From: Macrostomum lignano | Lineage: Eukaryota | Assembly (NCBI GenBank): GCA_002269645.1 | Contig: NIVC01003708.1 | Location: 17,469 to 81,468 of the forward strand | Direction: 5' to 3' | Length of the DNA stretch: 64,000 nt | In this document: positions 12,601-23,934 of the stretch, piece after piece | How positions within the stretch are numbered: the stretch's first letter is position 1 | Layout of the letters: each line of letters opens with the position of its first letter | Notes under the pieces: generated by a model | What the model was told of the DNA's origin: nothing | Databases searched by the model: none | The model's input: only the letters and a program-made list of their open reading frames with translations | Program-made: the position numbers and the translations under genes

Positions 12601-13696
12601 TTTATTACAAATATACTTGATTCAAAAAAGGAACAGCACAAAAAGTTTGGCTAATGCCACTTGTGAGTATTTGCAACTTTGGGCTTATGAAATGAAGTAA
12701 AAACAACATGAAAATGAAAACTTCAATACACAGCTATATGAAAATATAATAGAGTAACATGTTGTGCATGTTAAATTAAAAGAATGGTAGTCTTCACTGC
12801 CCCAGATCAAATACAATCACTGCTTTTGTGACAAAAAACTGATTTTTTCCTATCTCCGCAGTGTATTTTTTCCAGGAAATCGTGGCCTCTAAAAAATTGC
12901 ACGATCTTTGAGTTTTACGTCCTGTTAGTCTAGAAGTCCTTGATATATATATAGAGATAAATAGATCCTTTTAATCTATTTATATATCAATATATAAATG
13001 CTGCAGACCTTACATTATGGACCTTCTAAGGACCTTCTTTTGGACCTTCACAAATCACAATGTAGTAGCTTTAGTTGTTATTAGAATAGAACTAACATTC
13101 ATTAGACTATTGGTTATTTGCCACAATTCTTTTATTTGGCAAAGAGGCAATCTTGCTCATAGATAATAAAATTGGACAGCCAAATCAATACTCTATTCAT
13201 CCAACTTATGTTGCCAAGCCATAAGAATTCTAGATAATAACCTAGATTAAGAAGGGAAAGCTTTTTTATGTATACATAACTAGGCCAAGATGGGAATAAT
13301 GGTAAATTTATCAATGAAATGCATCTCAACAAAATTGAATATTCTGCTAGAAATATTTTCGGCATTTGCAATGCAATGCCTGTCATTGTCAATTAAGGTG
13401 TTAGGAGTGGTATTCACCAAAGAGTAGGCCCTAATGATTGCAAAATAAACCCATTTTTGGGTAAAAAATCAGGCATTCTGCTTGTAAAGTATAAAAACCT
13501 ATAGAAGTAGCATGCCATAGCCTTTTCAATATCATATTATTCTTATTCCTAGCTTTAGCCTGGCCCTGCTATATTTGGAAATAGAAGATAGGCCTAAGCA
13601 GCATGGACCATCGACATAGATAGGGTAGGGAAACGACCCTAAAATCTTACCAGCAGGTGCGTGTCCCGCTTTGAACTCGGTGTTGTTATCCTCCAT
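3662..13696 (-). CDS. DAP1: Death-associated protein 1 (DAP1 family), 2 exons: 13651-13696 and 3662-3939, 107 aa
   Basis: Exon 1 encodes MEDNNTEFKAGHAPA + G|GTAAG; acceptor TGCAG|CC gives A-KVGNMRVAGH...KEDKAFTPDAVKAYHDKPVPKHEKPHAPPAHNIHQPRK*. This matches the DAP1 hallmarks KAGHPPAVKAGGMR and the terminal HIQQPRK; splice phases agree. Confidence 0.92.
4856..5090. repeat. About 47-bp degenerate tandem repeat (AGAAATAGGGATAAAAGCCATAAAGGCAACAGAGGTTGTATAGACCT), about 5 copies; possibly within the LTR/5' region of the decayed gypsy element
   Basis: Direct reading; placement in an LTR is inference. Confidence 0.75.
5420..8110 (+). mobile_element. Heavily decayed Ty3/gypsy LTR retrotransposon (gag-protease-RT remnants) inside the DAP1 intron
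   Basis: Broken ORFs retain motifs: protease C-terminus ILGMELFKEH; RT start HEILLKDKTPVRIPTRRIPLHFQKQVNAQLDNMLAKNLIRP; YFNSLDLNSDFWQV; YKVMGQGLSN..FQRLMNLVL; KYLGHVIRRNGIRTDEAKIEAIRSWPKPKD. PBS-like TTGGTGACATCAG near 5425. Many stops and frameshifts; no paired LTR found. Confidence 0.85.
8140..8700 (-). mobile_element. Second decayed reverse-transcriptase-like fragment, opposite orientation
   Basis: Minus-strand remnants FKLTTDFNCL and FSYASNVFGLSSLLAIVH...LNQLAID lie in the order expected for RT motifs; very degenerate. Confidence 0.4.
8760..9293. mobile_element. MITE-like non-autonomous DNA element with imperfect CAG...CTG termini and TTCCAGG subterminal repeats
   Basis: Left end CAGCGCGTTTGC versus reverse complement of right end CAGGGTGTCTGC; AGAATA flanks both sides (8754-8759, 9294-9299). 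Confidence 0.55.
10580..10797. repeat. About 30-bp degenerate tandem repeat (AAGCCTTGACATCTTAGCAATTCCC...), about 7 copies
   Basis: Direct reading. Confidence 0.8.
11038..12305. repeat. About 1.27-kb GA-rich polypurine low-complexity tract
   Basis: Almost exclusively G/A on the + strand; the ORFs it creates are L/S/F- or R/E-rich artefacts. Confidence 0.95.
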
Positions 13697-14250
13697 TTTT
13701 AAAGCGTTATCAATAAGAAACTTATTTAATAAGGTGCAAGGCGTTTAACTATTAGTGACAGCAGCGCTATGTAACATGCAATGCGATGCGATAAATAAGT
13801 TGAATATCGAATTTACTACTACTTAAATGAAAAGTATTAATGTTGTGTCGTCTTGACCTAAAAAATCCAGGTAATACTATATCCTATGTAGAATATGTTT
13901 TGCAATTCTTAGTAACTAACAAATATATATTATTTCATTCGTTAAAGTTTGTAAATTTTAAATTTAAAATCGTTATCTAATTCGAGCGTAGTGGCAGTAC
14001 GTACAGTAGTTGGTTGTGTTGGGCCGGGTTGGTTGGTGGCTATGGCACACACAGTGTATACTATTGACTTCTCGACTAATGAATGATGTGTTAGCCAGAT
14101 CGGATTCAGTTGTTAAATACTACCTTCCTGACATTGTGATATTAATATGAAACAACTTTTCTTTACTTTTTGAACGTGTTTGTGAACCTTCGTATATTTC
14201 GAGCCAAATTTTGCCATTTTGGGCATAGGGACATTAAAATTAATGACAGT
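13600..14250. promoter_or_regulatory. CpG-retaining island containing DAP1 exon 1; likely divergent promoter for DAP1 (-) and the ENT gene (+)
   Basis: CpGs are frequent here and nearly absent on both flanks; the genes are head-to-head. TSSs are not determinable from sequence. Confidence 0.55.
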
Positions 14251-15185
14251 CTTCTAGTTTGTTTTCAATATTTTTTTCAAGTTTAAATCAGTCCCACCAC
14301 ATAGTGCCTCTAAGCATTAGATGGAGTGGTTGATAAAGTAAATGGATAGAGGTAGGATGATATCTATTTTTGAGATTTTTAGATTTTTGAGACTCAAGAT
14401 CTATTAGGCCTATTTTACAATATTCAAGATTTGATCAAGATTTGAGTTTAAGCCTAAGACTAGGCCTAGACATAATTATTACCTAGTCCTACTACTACTA
14501 GGCCTATTTACACTATTTTATCTATATTAGTGCTAATATTGTTATTTGTTAAATATGTTAGGCCCCTAGGGTTAGGGATAGGGTTAGGCTAGACCTTAAT
14601 AATAGGCCCTAATTGAAGAAAAACAATTCTTTTTTATTTTTAGCTTGTTAGTAACTTGATATATATCAAATATAAATATGATAATAGACAATAGTTTAGT
14701 CACCAAGAGTACCAGATATTTTGGTGACAAATGGTCATTTTAATGACAAGTTGCTTCTTACCAAATCCAAATGCAGACATACTTGACCTATGAGATTCTA
14801 TAAGTTTGTTATTTTAGTGACATAAGGCACTTCATAATATTATGAATTGTATATGTTTTGTATATAAATATTAAAATAATATTCAAACCAATGTATTAAT
14901 ATTTCATTTTTGTGCAGATAATTTTGAATATATATATATAGGGCCTAACACAATTTCTTTATATATTAATATTTTTATATAAACATAGCTTATGGCAAAT
15001 TGACAATTGTTTTCAACAGATTTATATGCATATAAGCCTTTAGTCTCATTATATGCATCCTATTTTATTTTTATTTTTAGTAAGTACACAAGGATAGTAA
15101 AACTTTTTCTAGTAGTCCTTTATATTTCACTTAGCAAATGCACTAAGTTTAACCTATTTTTTTATTAAAAGCAGGGAGCTGTATG

Positions 15186-15498
15186 GCACACTTTAAGCGA
15201 TATAAGCATATAACCGGCGAGATACATTACTGCCCATTCCGCCGACTCCCCTGAGCAGGCATACAAGTGTGCGGATACGTACGCAGGCACACACTCACAC
15301 AGGAGTGTACAACGGCCCTAACTTTATTTTATCCTTAGGCATGTACACTTCACTGTGCCTTGGGGGTTGGCTCTCAACGCTGTTAATTGCACGAGCAGAG
15401 CCAAGCCGAGATTCCAATTCAGCCCCAAATTAATGTGACTACACTTGGAATCAAGCTTGGGTCACTGGCATACCAGAGCTTGTGCTAGATCGCTAGGC
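15186..15498 (-). mobile_element. tRNA-derived SINE family 1, copy 1 (CpG-decayed)
   Basis: Homologous to 34419-34682 and 63641-63996; minus-strand head GCCTAGCGATCTAGCAC...GCTTGATTCC resembles Pol III A/B boxes. Confidence 0.75.
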
Positions 15499-16663
15499 TA
15501 TGGCCCCCTAAGTTTAACCCATAGTTTGGATCAGGCTATGTGCATGCTCATACATGCGCAACTTCCAAAACTTGGTCAGCCATGCAACTTAGTTTTAACA
15601 AAAATGCAATGGAGTTTTTGGCTAAAAAATGCAACTTACATGTAAAAGAAACCCTAAAGCAAAATTAATGCAACTTTGTATAAACAACAGGAGTAACTAT
15701 AACTATCTTATTAAGGCAAAAGCTGCGTTATATACAAATGTACTATTTGGTTATTTATTTTGGTGGTCATTTTTGCAACTTACCTTGGTTGGCTGCCAAA
15801 TCAGTTGGTCAGATCGGCTGACTCATGTATGTGCATGTTGCGCATGTATATGCATGCCCAAACAAAAATCAATAGTTACAAATGGACCCCACAAAAAATT
15901 GTGCCCATTCTTAAAACTCTGCCAGTAAATAAATAATTTTTTATTATTTTTTTCTCTAAGGCTCTGTGATCACTTTTCTTCCAAAAACCTTTTTAATATT
16001 AAAAAGTATATAATAAAAATCACAATGCTAAAATATTAAAACCTAGCAACAAGCTCACTTGATTGCTTAACTATGAGTGTATTAAAAAACTAAATGCCTT
16101 ATCATCTAAATAGTATCCATCTATTTTTGGGTAGGCATTTTATGACTAACCTTTATTGGGCCCCTTGCTAGTTGGCTGGATTGACCAGCTTGGCTGGGTG
16201 TTGCGCATGTTTGTTGCTTGCCCTCCCTACCTTGATCTCTCATTTCCTAGCTCACTTATTGCTTAAGAGTTGCTTTTAATTTGAATACATTGTTCTTCAG
16301 CCTAACCTAATTACCTTAACTGATAAATTCATCCACTGACCATAATTGACAACTACCCTTTCTTTACAATAGATTGAACCTTTTGTTTGCCCAAATAATT
16401 TGAACCTATTATAAACTTAAGCTAATCAAGCCTTTATTTGGAACAGCTCCCAGTTATATTCTTTGTAGGATAACATTGTGAGATTGTGAGCATCAAATAC
16501 AGTGGTCTGTAAGTTAATATCATATGATGCATATGTTCAACTCACTTTTTCATTTTGTTGCAAAAAATTGTTTGTGGTTAAAGTCAACTTTCATTTTTCT
16601 TTGTTATTTCTCATTAAGCGTAACTTGACTTCATGCATTATTAAACCAAGTTGCTGAATCAGC

Positions 16664-19573
16664 ATGGATCTTGACGACAGTACTGTACTACCAGATAAGA
16701 AGCTTATCCCTGCTGATCCCAATGCTGATGACAGCCAGCAGGGAGATAAGGAGCCAACTCCTGAGGCAAACAAAAATGGCAATGGCATGGCAAAAGGCCA
16801 GACAGAAGAGTTGGTAGCCAATGAATTGCAAAATCTCGAAGTTGCCAGGCTGCTACAACCAGAGCCAGATACAAAGGTTCTAGATGATGACAAGCCACTG
16901 GAAGTTGGCGGTTCGGCACCCAACGATGTCTATTATACTGTGTTCATTGTGTTTGCACTGCACGGTATTGGCATCCTATTGCCTTGGAATATGTTTATCA
17001 ATGCCCATTCTTACTTTGTGGATTACAAGCTGTATACTAATGTGTCTGCTAATGCCGATTATCGCTGTAATTTTATGCATTACATTACACTGTCTGCCCA
17101 GCTGCCTAACATGCTAATGATGGCTTTTAATGTCTTCTTCCAACCTACTAAGCCGTCATTGAAGTCCAGCAACGATGTGCGCAAACTGATGCTTGTTATT
17201 CTAATTGAAATTGGCATCTGCTTGTTCACTGTCGCTCTGGCTGTAGTAGATAGTAGCCAATGGCCTGCCACTTTCTTTGGCATCACCATTGCCTGTATTG
17301 TGTTGCTGAATTGCTGCGCTGGTGTGTACCAATCTTCTGCTTATGGCATGGCTGCTCTGCTGCCAATGGCCTACTCCAATGCTATCGTGCTTGGTAAGCG
17401 TTCTGTGCTTTTGTTTAGTGTTGCTCTGTGTTCCTCTGGTCATTCGGCGGGTTCCTATCCCATACACAGGCCATTCGGCGGGTTCCTATCCCATACACTT
17501 GTCATTCAGCGGGTTCCTATTCCAAAGACTGGTCAGTCAGCGGGTTCCTATCCCATACACTGGTCATTCGGTAGACTGTTACCATTTATTATGCTAATCA
17601 GGTAGGCCTAAAGGTTTAAAATTGTACGCATTTCATCTGCATCCATCCCTATCCGTCACCAGGAAACAACGTATCTGGCACAGTAATTAGCTTGGTTAAT
17701 TTAGCCAGCAAAGCCGCTTCAAGTCTCAACCTGCAGCTGACGGCAATTCTATACTTCTCGGCCGCTGTTATCATCCTGCTAATCTGCTTTGGTTCGCTGT
17801 TTCTGCTACCAAAACTCTCATTCTACCAGCACTACCAAGCCAGGGAGTTCGAAATTCCCATGCTAGAATTTGACGAGACTGCGAATAGCAATGGCAAGCC
17901 TGATGGCGGCAACGGCACGGTTTGCGAATCCGCGGAGCCGACTGTTGTTGTGGTGGACGTTGGCGGCGACGGCTGCTGCGACGACTACAGCAATACGGCT
18001 GTTGAATGCTGCGCACTGTGCTGTCTTAGGGGCGGCGACTCTAAGCTGGTCTGCAGCCGGTTAGTTAAAAACCAATGCTTCTACTCATGCTCTCATAGTC
18101 TTGTGAAATTCACAGATCGAAAACTTTCAAGATCCAACTCTCCCAGATCCCTGTTTTTTTAGCAGCCAATTCTCCCAGATACTCGATTGCTGGGCCACCG
18201 TCCCAGATCCCCAGTTTCTGAGCCACCCTCCCAGATCCTCAGTTGCTGGGCCACCGTCCCAGATCCTCAGTTGCTGGGCCAGCCTCCCAGATCCTCAGTT
18301 GCTGGGCCAGCCTCCCAGATCCTCAGTTGCTGGGCCAGCCTCCCAGATCCTCAGTTGCTGGGCCAGCCTCCCAGATCCTCAGTTTCTAGGCCAGCCTCCC
18401 AGATCCTCAGTTGCTGGGCCAGCCTCCCAGATCCCCCAGTTGCTGGGCCACCCTCCCAGATCCTCAGTTTCTGAGCCACCCTCCCAGATCCTCAGTTGCT
18501 GGGCCAGCCTCCCAGATCCTCAGTTGCTGGGCCAGCCTCCCAGATCCTCAGTTTCTAGGCCAGCCTTCCAGATCCTCAGTTGCTGGGCCAGCCTTCCAGA
18601 TCCTCAGTTGCTGGGCCAGCCTCCCAGAGTGTCAGTTGCTGGGCCAGCCTCCCAGAGTGTCAGTTGCTGGGTCAGCCTCCCAGAGTGTCAGTTGCTGGGC
18701 CAGCCTCCTAGAGTGTCAGTTGCTTGGTCAACCTCCTAGAGTGTCAGTTGCTGGGTCAACCTCCCAGAGTGTCAGTTGCTGGGCCAGCCTCCTAGAGTGT
18801 CAGTTGCTGGGTCAACCTTCCAGATCCTCAGTTGCTGGGCCACCTTCAAGATCCTCAGTTGCTGGGCCAGCCTCCCAGATCCTGAGTTGCTGAGCCGGCC
18901 TCCCAGATCCTGAGCTGCTGAGCCAACCTCCCAGATCCTCGGTTGCTGGGCCAGCCTCCCAGATCCTCAGCTGCTGTTTAAACCATCGCATATAATACCC
19001 GTTCCATATTTCATTGTCCACAGCTACTGGCATCGCTATTGGGAGGCCTTTCGTCACTGCTGGGTCCACTGCGTCAGCGTTTGGTGCGTCTTTTTCTGCA
19101 CCCTGGCCTGTTTCCCGGCGCTTCAGGCCACCATTGAGCCGGTGACCCTGCTAAGCCTGAAGGACTGGTTCGTTGACATCTTCGTATTTCTATTCTTTAA
19201 TCTCTTCGCCATGCTTGGCAGCCTGGTGTCAACATTCTGGCAGTGGCCATCGCCTCGCTGGCTAGCCCTATGCGTTTGGCCTCGCCTATTGATCTTTGTG
19301 CCATTCTTCCTCATGTGCAACTGCTTCCCGGATAGCCGCGCCGTCATTCCGGTCCTGATTCGCAGCGATACCGCTTTCATATGCGGTATGATTGTCTTCG
19401 CTTTAACGTCGGGCTATTTATCCTCGCTGTGCATGATGTATGCGCCAAGGAGCGTGGCCGATCCGGAGAAGCACGCAGGCTTAGCCGCTATGCTTGCTGC
19501 GTTCTTTCTTGTATTTGGCGTGTTTACCGGCATCCTGTTTGGCACTCTGTTGAAGGCTATGTTCTTCGCTTAG
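16664..19573 (+). CDS. SLC29A: Equilibrative nucleoside transporter (SLC29/ENT family); coding exons 16664-17393, 17663-18059, 19024-19573; 558 aa
   Basis: ENT motifs FALHGIGILLPWNMFINAHSYF, NAIVLGNNVSGT, VFFCTLACFPA, FNLFAMLGS, QWPSPRWL, LTSGYLSSLCMMYAP, FFLVFGVFTG. Splice phases (1, 2) join into an open 1677-nt CDS. Confidence 0.93.
17427..17575. repeat. 31-bp tandem repeat (TGGTCATTCGGCGGGTTCCTATCCCATACAC), about 4.5 copies, in ENT intron 1
   Basis: Direct reading. Confidence 0.9.
18170..18975. repeat. 28-bp minisatellite (CCCAGATCCTCAGTTGCTGGGCCAGCCT), about 28 copies, filling ENT intron 2
   Basis: Direct reading; 28-aa periodic ORFs in all three frames. Confidence 0.95.
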
Positions 19574-19734
19574 AGTTTGTTGCCGCGGTGTTGAACACTT
19601 CGGAACCAGGTTGATTGAAAGTAGCTGGGCTCTGTTTTTTAGCTACAAAAGGACAAGCAACAACGGGGGTATTTCACACCAGTGTTAGAAAAAAGTGTTG
19701 AGAAATAACACTACAAAGGAGTCGTGTAACGGCA

Positions 19735-20340
19735 ACAAAACAATTATCCTTTACAATGGAACAATGATATTTCAACAACAAAACAATTATCTTTTACAAC
19801 GGAACAATGATATTTCAACAACAAAACAATTATCTTTTACAACGGAACAATGATATTTCAACAACAAAACAATGATATTTTACAACGGAACAATGATATT
19901 TCAACAACAAAACAATGATATTTTACAACGGAACAATGATATTTCAACAACAAAACAATGATCTTTTACAACGGAACAATGATATTTCAACAACAAAACA
20001 ATGATCTTTTACAACGGAACAATGATCTTTTACAACGGAACAATGATATTTCAACAACAAAACAATGATCTTTTACAACGGAACAATGATATTTCAACAA
20101 CAAAACAATTATCTTTTACAACGGAACAATGATATTTCAACAACAAAACAATTATCTTTTACAACGGAACAATGATATTTCAACAACAAAACAATGATCT
20201 TTTACAACGGAACAATGATATTTCAACAACAGAACAGTTATCTTTCAGGACAACAGAACAATGATGTTTTACAACAGCAATGTGTCACAACAGCAGAACA
20301 AGAACGTTTAACAATAAGAATGTTTAACAGGAACAGTACA
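19735..20340. repeat. 43-bp A/C-rich tandem repeat (ACAACGGAACAATGATATTTCAACAACAAAACAATGATCTTTT), about 11 copies, decaying to the right
   Basis: Direct reading. Confidence 0.9.
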
Positions 20341-21699
20341 CTGATGGTTCACAAAAACAATAGATCAAGGGTTGATTAGCGTCAGGTAAGCATGAACAAG
20401 AATTTATTTGTGTTTATCAACAACAAATCAATGGTGTTGCACACAAACAGAGGGAGAGTGTGTTTAACAATGGGTTGAATAGGAAAATATTTGAAGCATA
20501 AATGTAGTCTTAGTTACTTTTCTATTGGGCTAATAAATAAATAAGTATGAAGTGTATTGCAACCATGCTTAAATTTAGTCACATCATAGGGGGCTTGTCT
20601 CTTATTGTCTCTTTTGCGTACATAGTTTGGTCTATATTAATAAATTTAATTTAACCTCTCCTATACCTACTACTGCGAATGTCAGTAGCCTATGCAGTAC
20701 ATAGTTTATTTTGTTATAATTTTACACTGATTTTTCTGTCTTCTACTACCAGTAATATATATTTTTGTACTTTTTTCTGTTACTATCTATCCAATGCTTT
20801 TAATGTAAAAATATAACGGTCACTGTAACTTTTCTTTTTCGCTAGCGTTAGGCATGTTTTTCCGTTTATTATCTGGATAAAATTTATTCGACGCAAGCGT
20901 GCCAATTACGCCAATTGAAATAAAAATGTTAATAAATCACTTTAAATTATGGATAATTTTTGTTAATTTTAGCGCTTTTGCTTTTACAACTCAATACCAA
21001 ATTTTATCCAATTTTTCCTACGCTACTTGGCTTTAATGGGTAACTTATTTAAACTTTGTTTCGTAAATTTATTGACCTAATTTTTATGTATAATAAATGC
21101 AGTTCAATGTTGTACGTGTTTAACTAATTATGCTAATTAGGCACTTTTTGTGGGTATCATTTTATTTCTTATAAAACATATTTTTATATTTTTATCAGGC
21201 ATTGGGCTAGGATGTGCTCGCAAAAGGCATGTAAACTATTTTGTTTTGCTAATATTTGTTTCTGTATTTATTTACTATGTACACTGCATTTTCGCTATTG
21301 TAGTATAACTGCTTCTGTGTGTATTTTCCTATCCTATCAGCTGACCTTCTCGAAACTCAAGGACTCATTTTAAAGTGGTCTAAAAATTGACAGTCCTATT
21401 ATTGTTTGCTAAAGTGGACTCTTTCACTCAAGCTGAACTTTTTATTTGTTCAAACCATCTTTTTGTGTCAACTCGGCCACATGTCGTTACGGACTTTTTG
21501 CTAAATAAAATTGTTTCGTATAGAAAATGTCAAACTCTGCTATTGGTTCTTGGTCTTTCTACGGTCTCATTTGGTTTTTTGGCTATAAGTGGACTGGCTT
21601 TATCTAATCGAGGTGAATCCTGATTTAATCTAGGCTAACTACCCGTAGATGTGTTTCTATAGCCATAAAAATAATAACAATTGATTACACCTGCCCTAA

Positions 21700-21932
21700 T
21701 AAGCAGATGTGCAACCGACAGCTCAGCCGCAGCTATTGTGCGGGGCATCTGCAGGCTGCGTACGGCTGTTCAGTCCAAGGACTGGGGGTCACCACACACC
21801 CTGAATTACCACAGCTAATGCTGGTAATCCATTTTTATGTCTTGCTCAAGGACACAAATCGTCCAGAGTGGGTCGAGAACCGAATCCCCGACCTTTCAGT
21901 CGTGAGTCTGATGCTCCAATCATTGTTAGGCT
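21700..21932 (-). mobile_element. tRNA-derived SINE family 2
   Basis: Minus strand: tRNA-like head (AGCCTAACAATGATTGGAGCATCAGACTCACGACTGAAAGGTCGGGGATTCGG) followed by GTGTCCTTGAGCAAGACA, a motif typical after the tRNA head of invertebrate SINEs. Confidence 0.6.
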
Positions 21933-22894
21933 TCAATCCCGAACATAAGAACTAGAAATTGAGCTACCTGTACCTGACCCTGGGTGCACCGGAGCTCAGG
22001 GCAGCTATTCTATCACATCTCATTTCACTCACCTACAAGGGCCGTCTTGGCGACGCATGCAACAATGTCCTGTCTTATTAGTTTCCCATTCTGCATCTTA
22101 GCTAGGGCGGTCACAGTCACGTTTATCTGATTTTTTTCAAATGAATGGGTCCAAGCATGCACAATTAGTATAGTTATAATACCACCTTTAGTTAAGTTCT
22201 GTTGATAGACAAAAATCTTAACTTTTTCATTCTTTGATTTCTAGCATCTTACAATAAAATCCCCAAGCAATTCACCGAATGGCTTTATGGTTTGGCGAAT
22301 TCAGAGAAAATAAAAAGTTAACTATAAAAATGTGGTCATGATTCGTAGTTTATGGCACAAGCTATAAGGGGCGATCTTAGTTAATCTTTTGCATTATTAA
22401 TGGCGACATGATTCTTTTTTGTTGTAATTAGTGACACGGTTCATAATTTTTATTCTACTGCAGGTGTTTGCGTTAATCTACTTATTGTGAATAAATGATT
22501 CTGCACTCTACACTCATCACGAACTCTTTCTACAACAGAAAAAGTAAATATACGAAGACTAAATTGATGAACGAAGCTTTAGTTTGAGAATTCTGTCGAC
22601 TGTAGAGTGCTTGTCGATCATGAGGGCTTACTGAACTGAAACTTGTCATCAACTATCGCTCATTATCTAGCCTAAGGACTAAACGTTTACGGCTCATATT
22701 AACTCATCAGCTACATGTACGGGTGAATCCTGTATTGAATCGTCAATAAACATAACAACCCTATCGCCATTCCTTAATAGCCTAAATGCAGTCAATTAGC
22801 TGTGCAAATATTCATGAAACCTACAGTATATATCACATAAAGTTAATGCATTGCAATGCGGAGCGGATAAAGCAGAAATCGCTCAACTTTATTT

Positions 22895-23637
22895 ATGGAA
22901 AGTCAAAGCAGCATCGGCTGTGCTGTCTGCTGTCTTCTGCTTCTGCAACCTGTCGTTTGTCGATCCTACGTGTACCACTACATTGGCTGCTACGTTGACA
23001 ACCCCGATAAGGCCAGAGATTTGACTGGTCTGCGGGGCATATTGAAACTCGGCAGCTTGGATGTTGGTGCCAAGCAAGGAGTCATTCGTAGCCACCATAT
23101 GACAGCTGAGTTTTGTAGCAACGCTTGCTCGCTCGGTGGATTTGCCTACTTCGGACTGCAGTACAGTTCGGAGTGCTTTTGCGGTGCCAGCTACGGGTCG
23201 TATGGTGCAGCCAGTTCAGGCTGCGACATGCTTTGCTCCGGCAGTTCCAAGCAGTACTGCGGTGGAGCTCTTAGAAATTCGATGTTCGCTATTCAGTACC
23301 AGGGTGTGTTGGATCGATTTGTATAGGGTTGTGTCTGTTTATCTAGCTCGTATAACCGTGCAACTTGAAAAACGTCCCGCATTCCCCAGATCCATGCCTC
23401 GGATATCGCCAGTCGCCAAGGGCCTACCTGGAGACGTCAACCATAAATTTCCGGCCCTCACGACAAACCTATTGGACTGCCAATGTCAACAATGTGATCC
23501 AGTGCTCGTTCAGCTGCAACTCCAGCTGTCAGGCCTTCATCTACTCGCAGCTCAAGAGCGTCTGTTACCTGCTAAGCTTTGCTCTCGTGCCCAGAGAGAT
23601 CGGCACTATTGACGGTGTGTTTCTTATTAGAAAGTAG
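22895..23637 (+). CDS. Secreted WSC + PAN/apple-like protein, paralog A; exons 22895-23303 and 23390-23637; 218 aa
   Basis: Signal peptide; WSC pattern YIGCY..RDL..MT.EFC...C..GG..YFGLQY..ECFCG...C...C.G....CGG; phase-1 intron; C-terminal CSFSCNSSCQAFIYS....CYLLSFALVP. Confidence 0.85.
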
Positions 23638-23934
23638 AAATAACTATGCACAATGCCTTATAACTATGAGAGTTATAAGCCCAAGAAATGCTATATATAT
23701 CAAATATACATGTATATATATGATAAAAAAGAACATACGCGTTGACTAAAACACTCTTAAAACGGGCCCACCGGCCGGTTGTTTTTATCTGCGCGGTACA
23801 TGTTTTTTTCGAAGCAACATACTGCTGCCTACCTCTAATTACAATCAATAATTGTTGATACATGTTTGGTGACAAATTTAGCTTATTTATAGCGTAAATA
23901 CCATATATTACTACAACGAAGAGTTGTAGGATAT

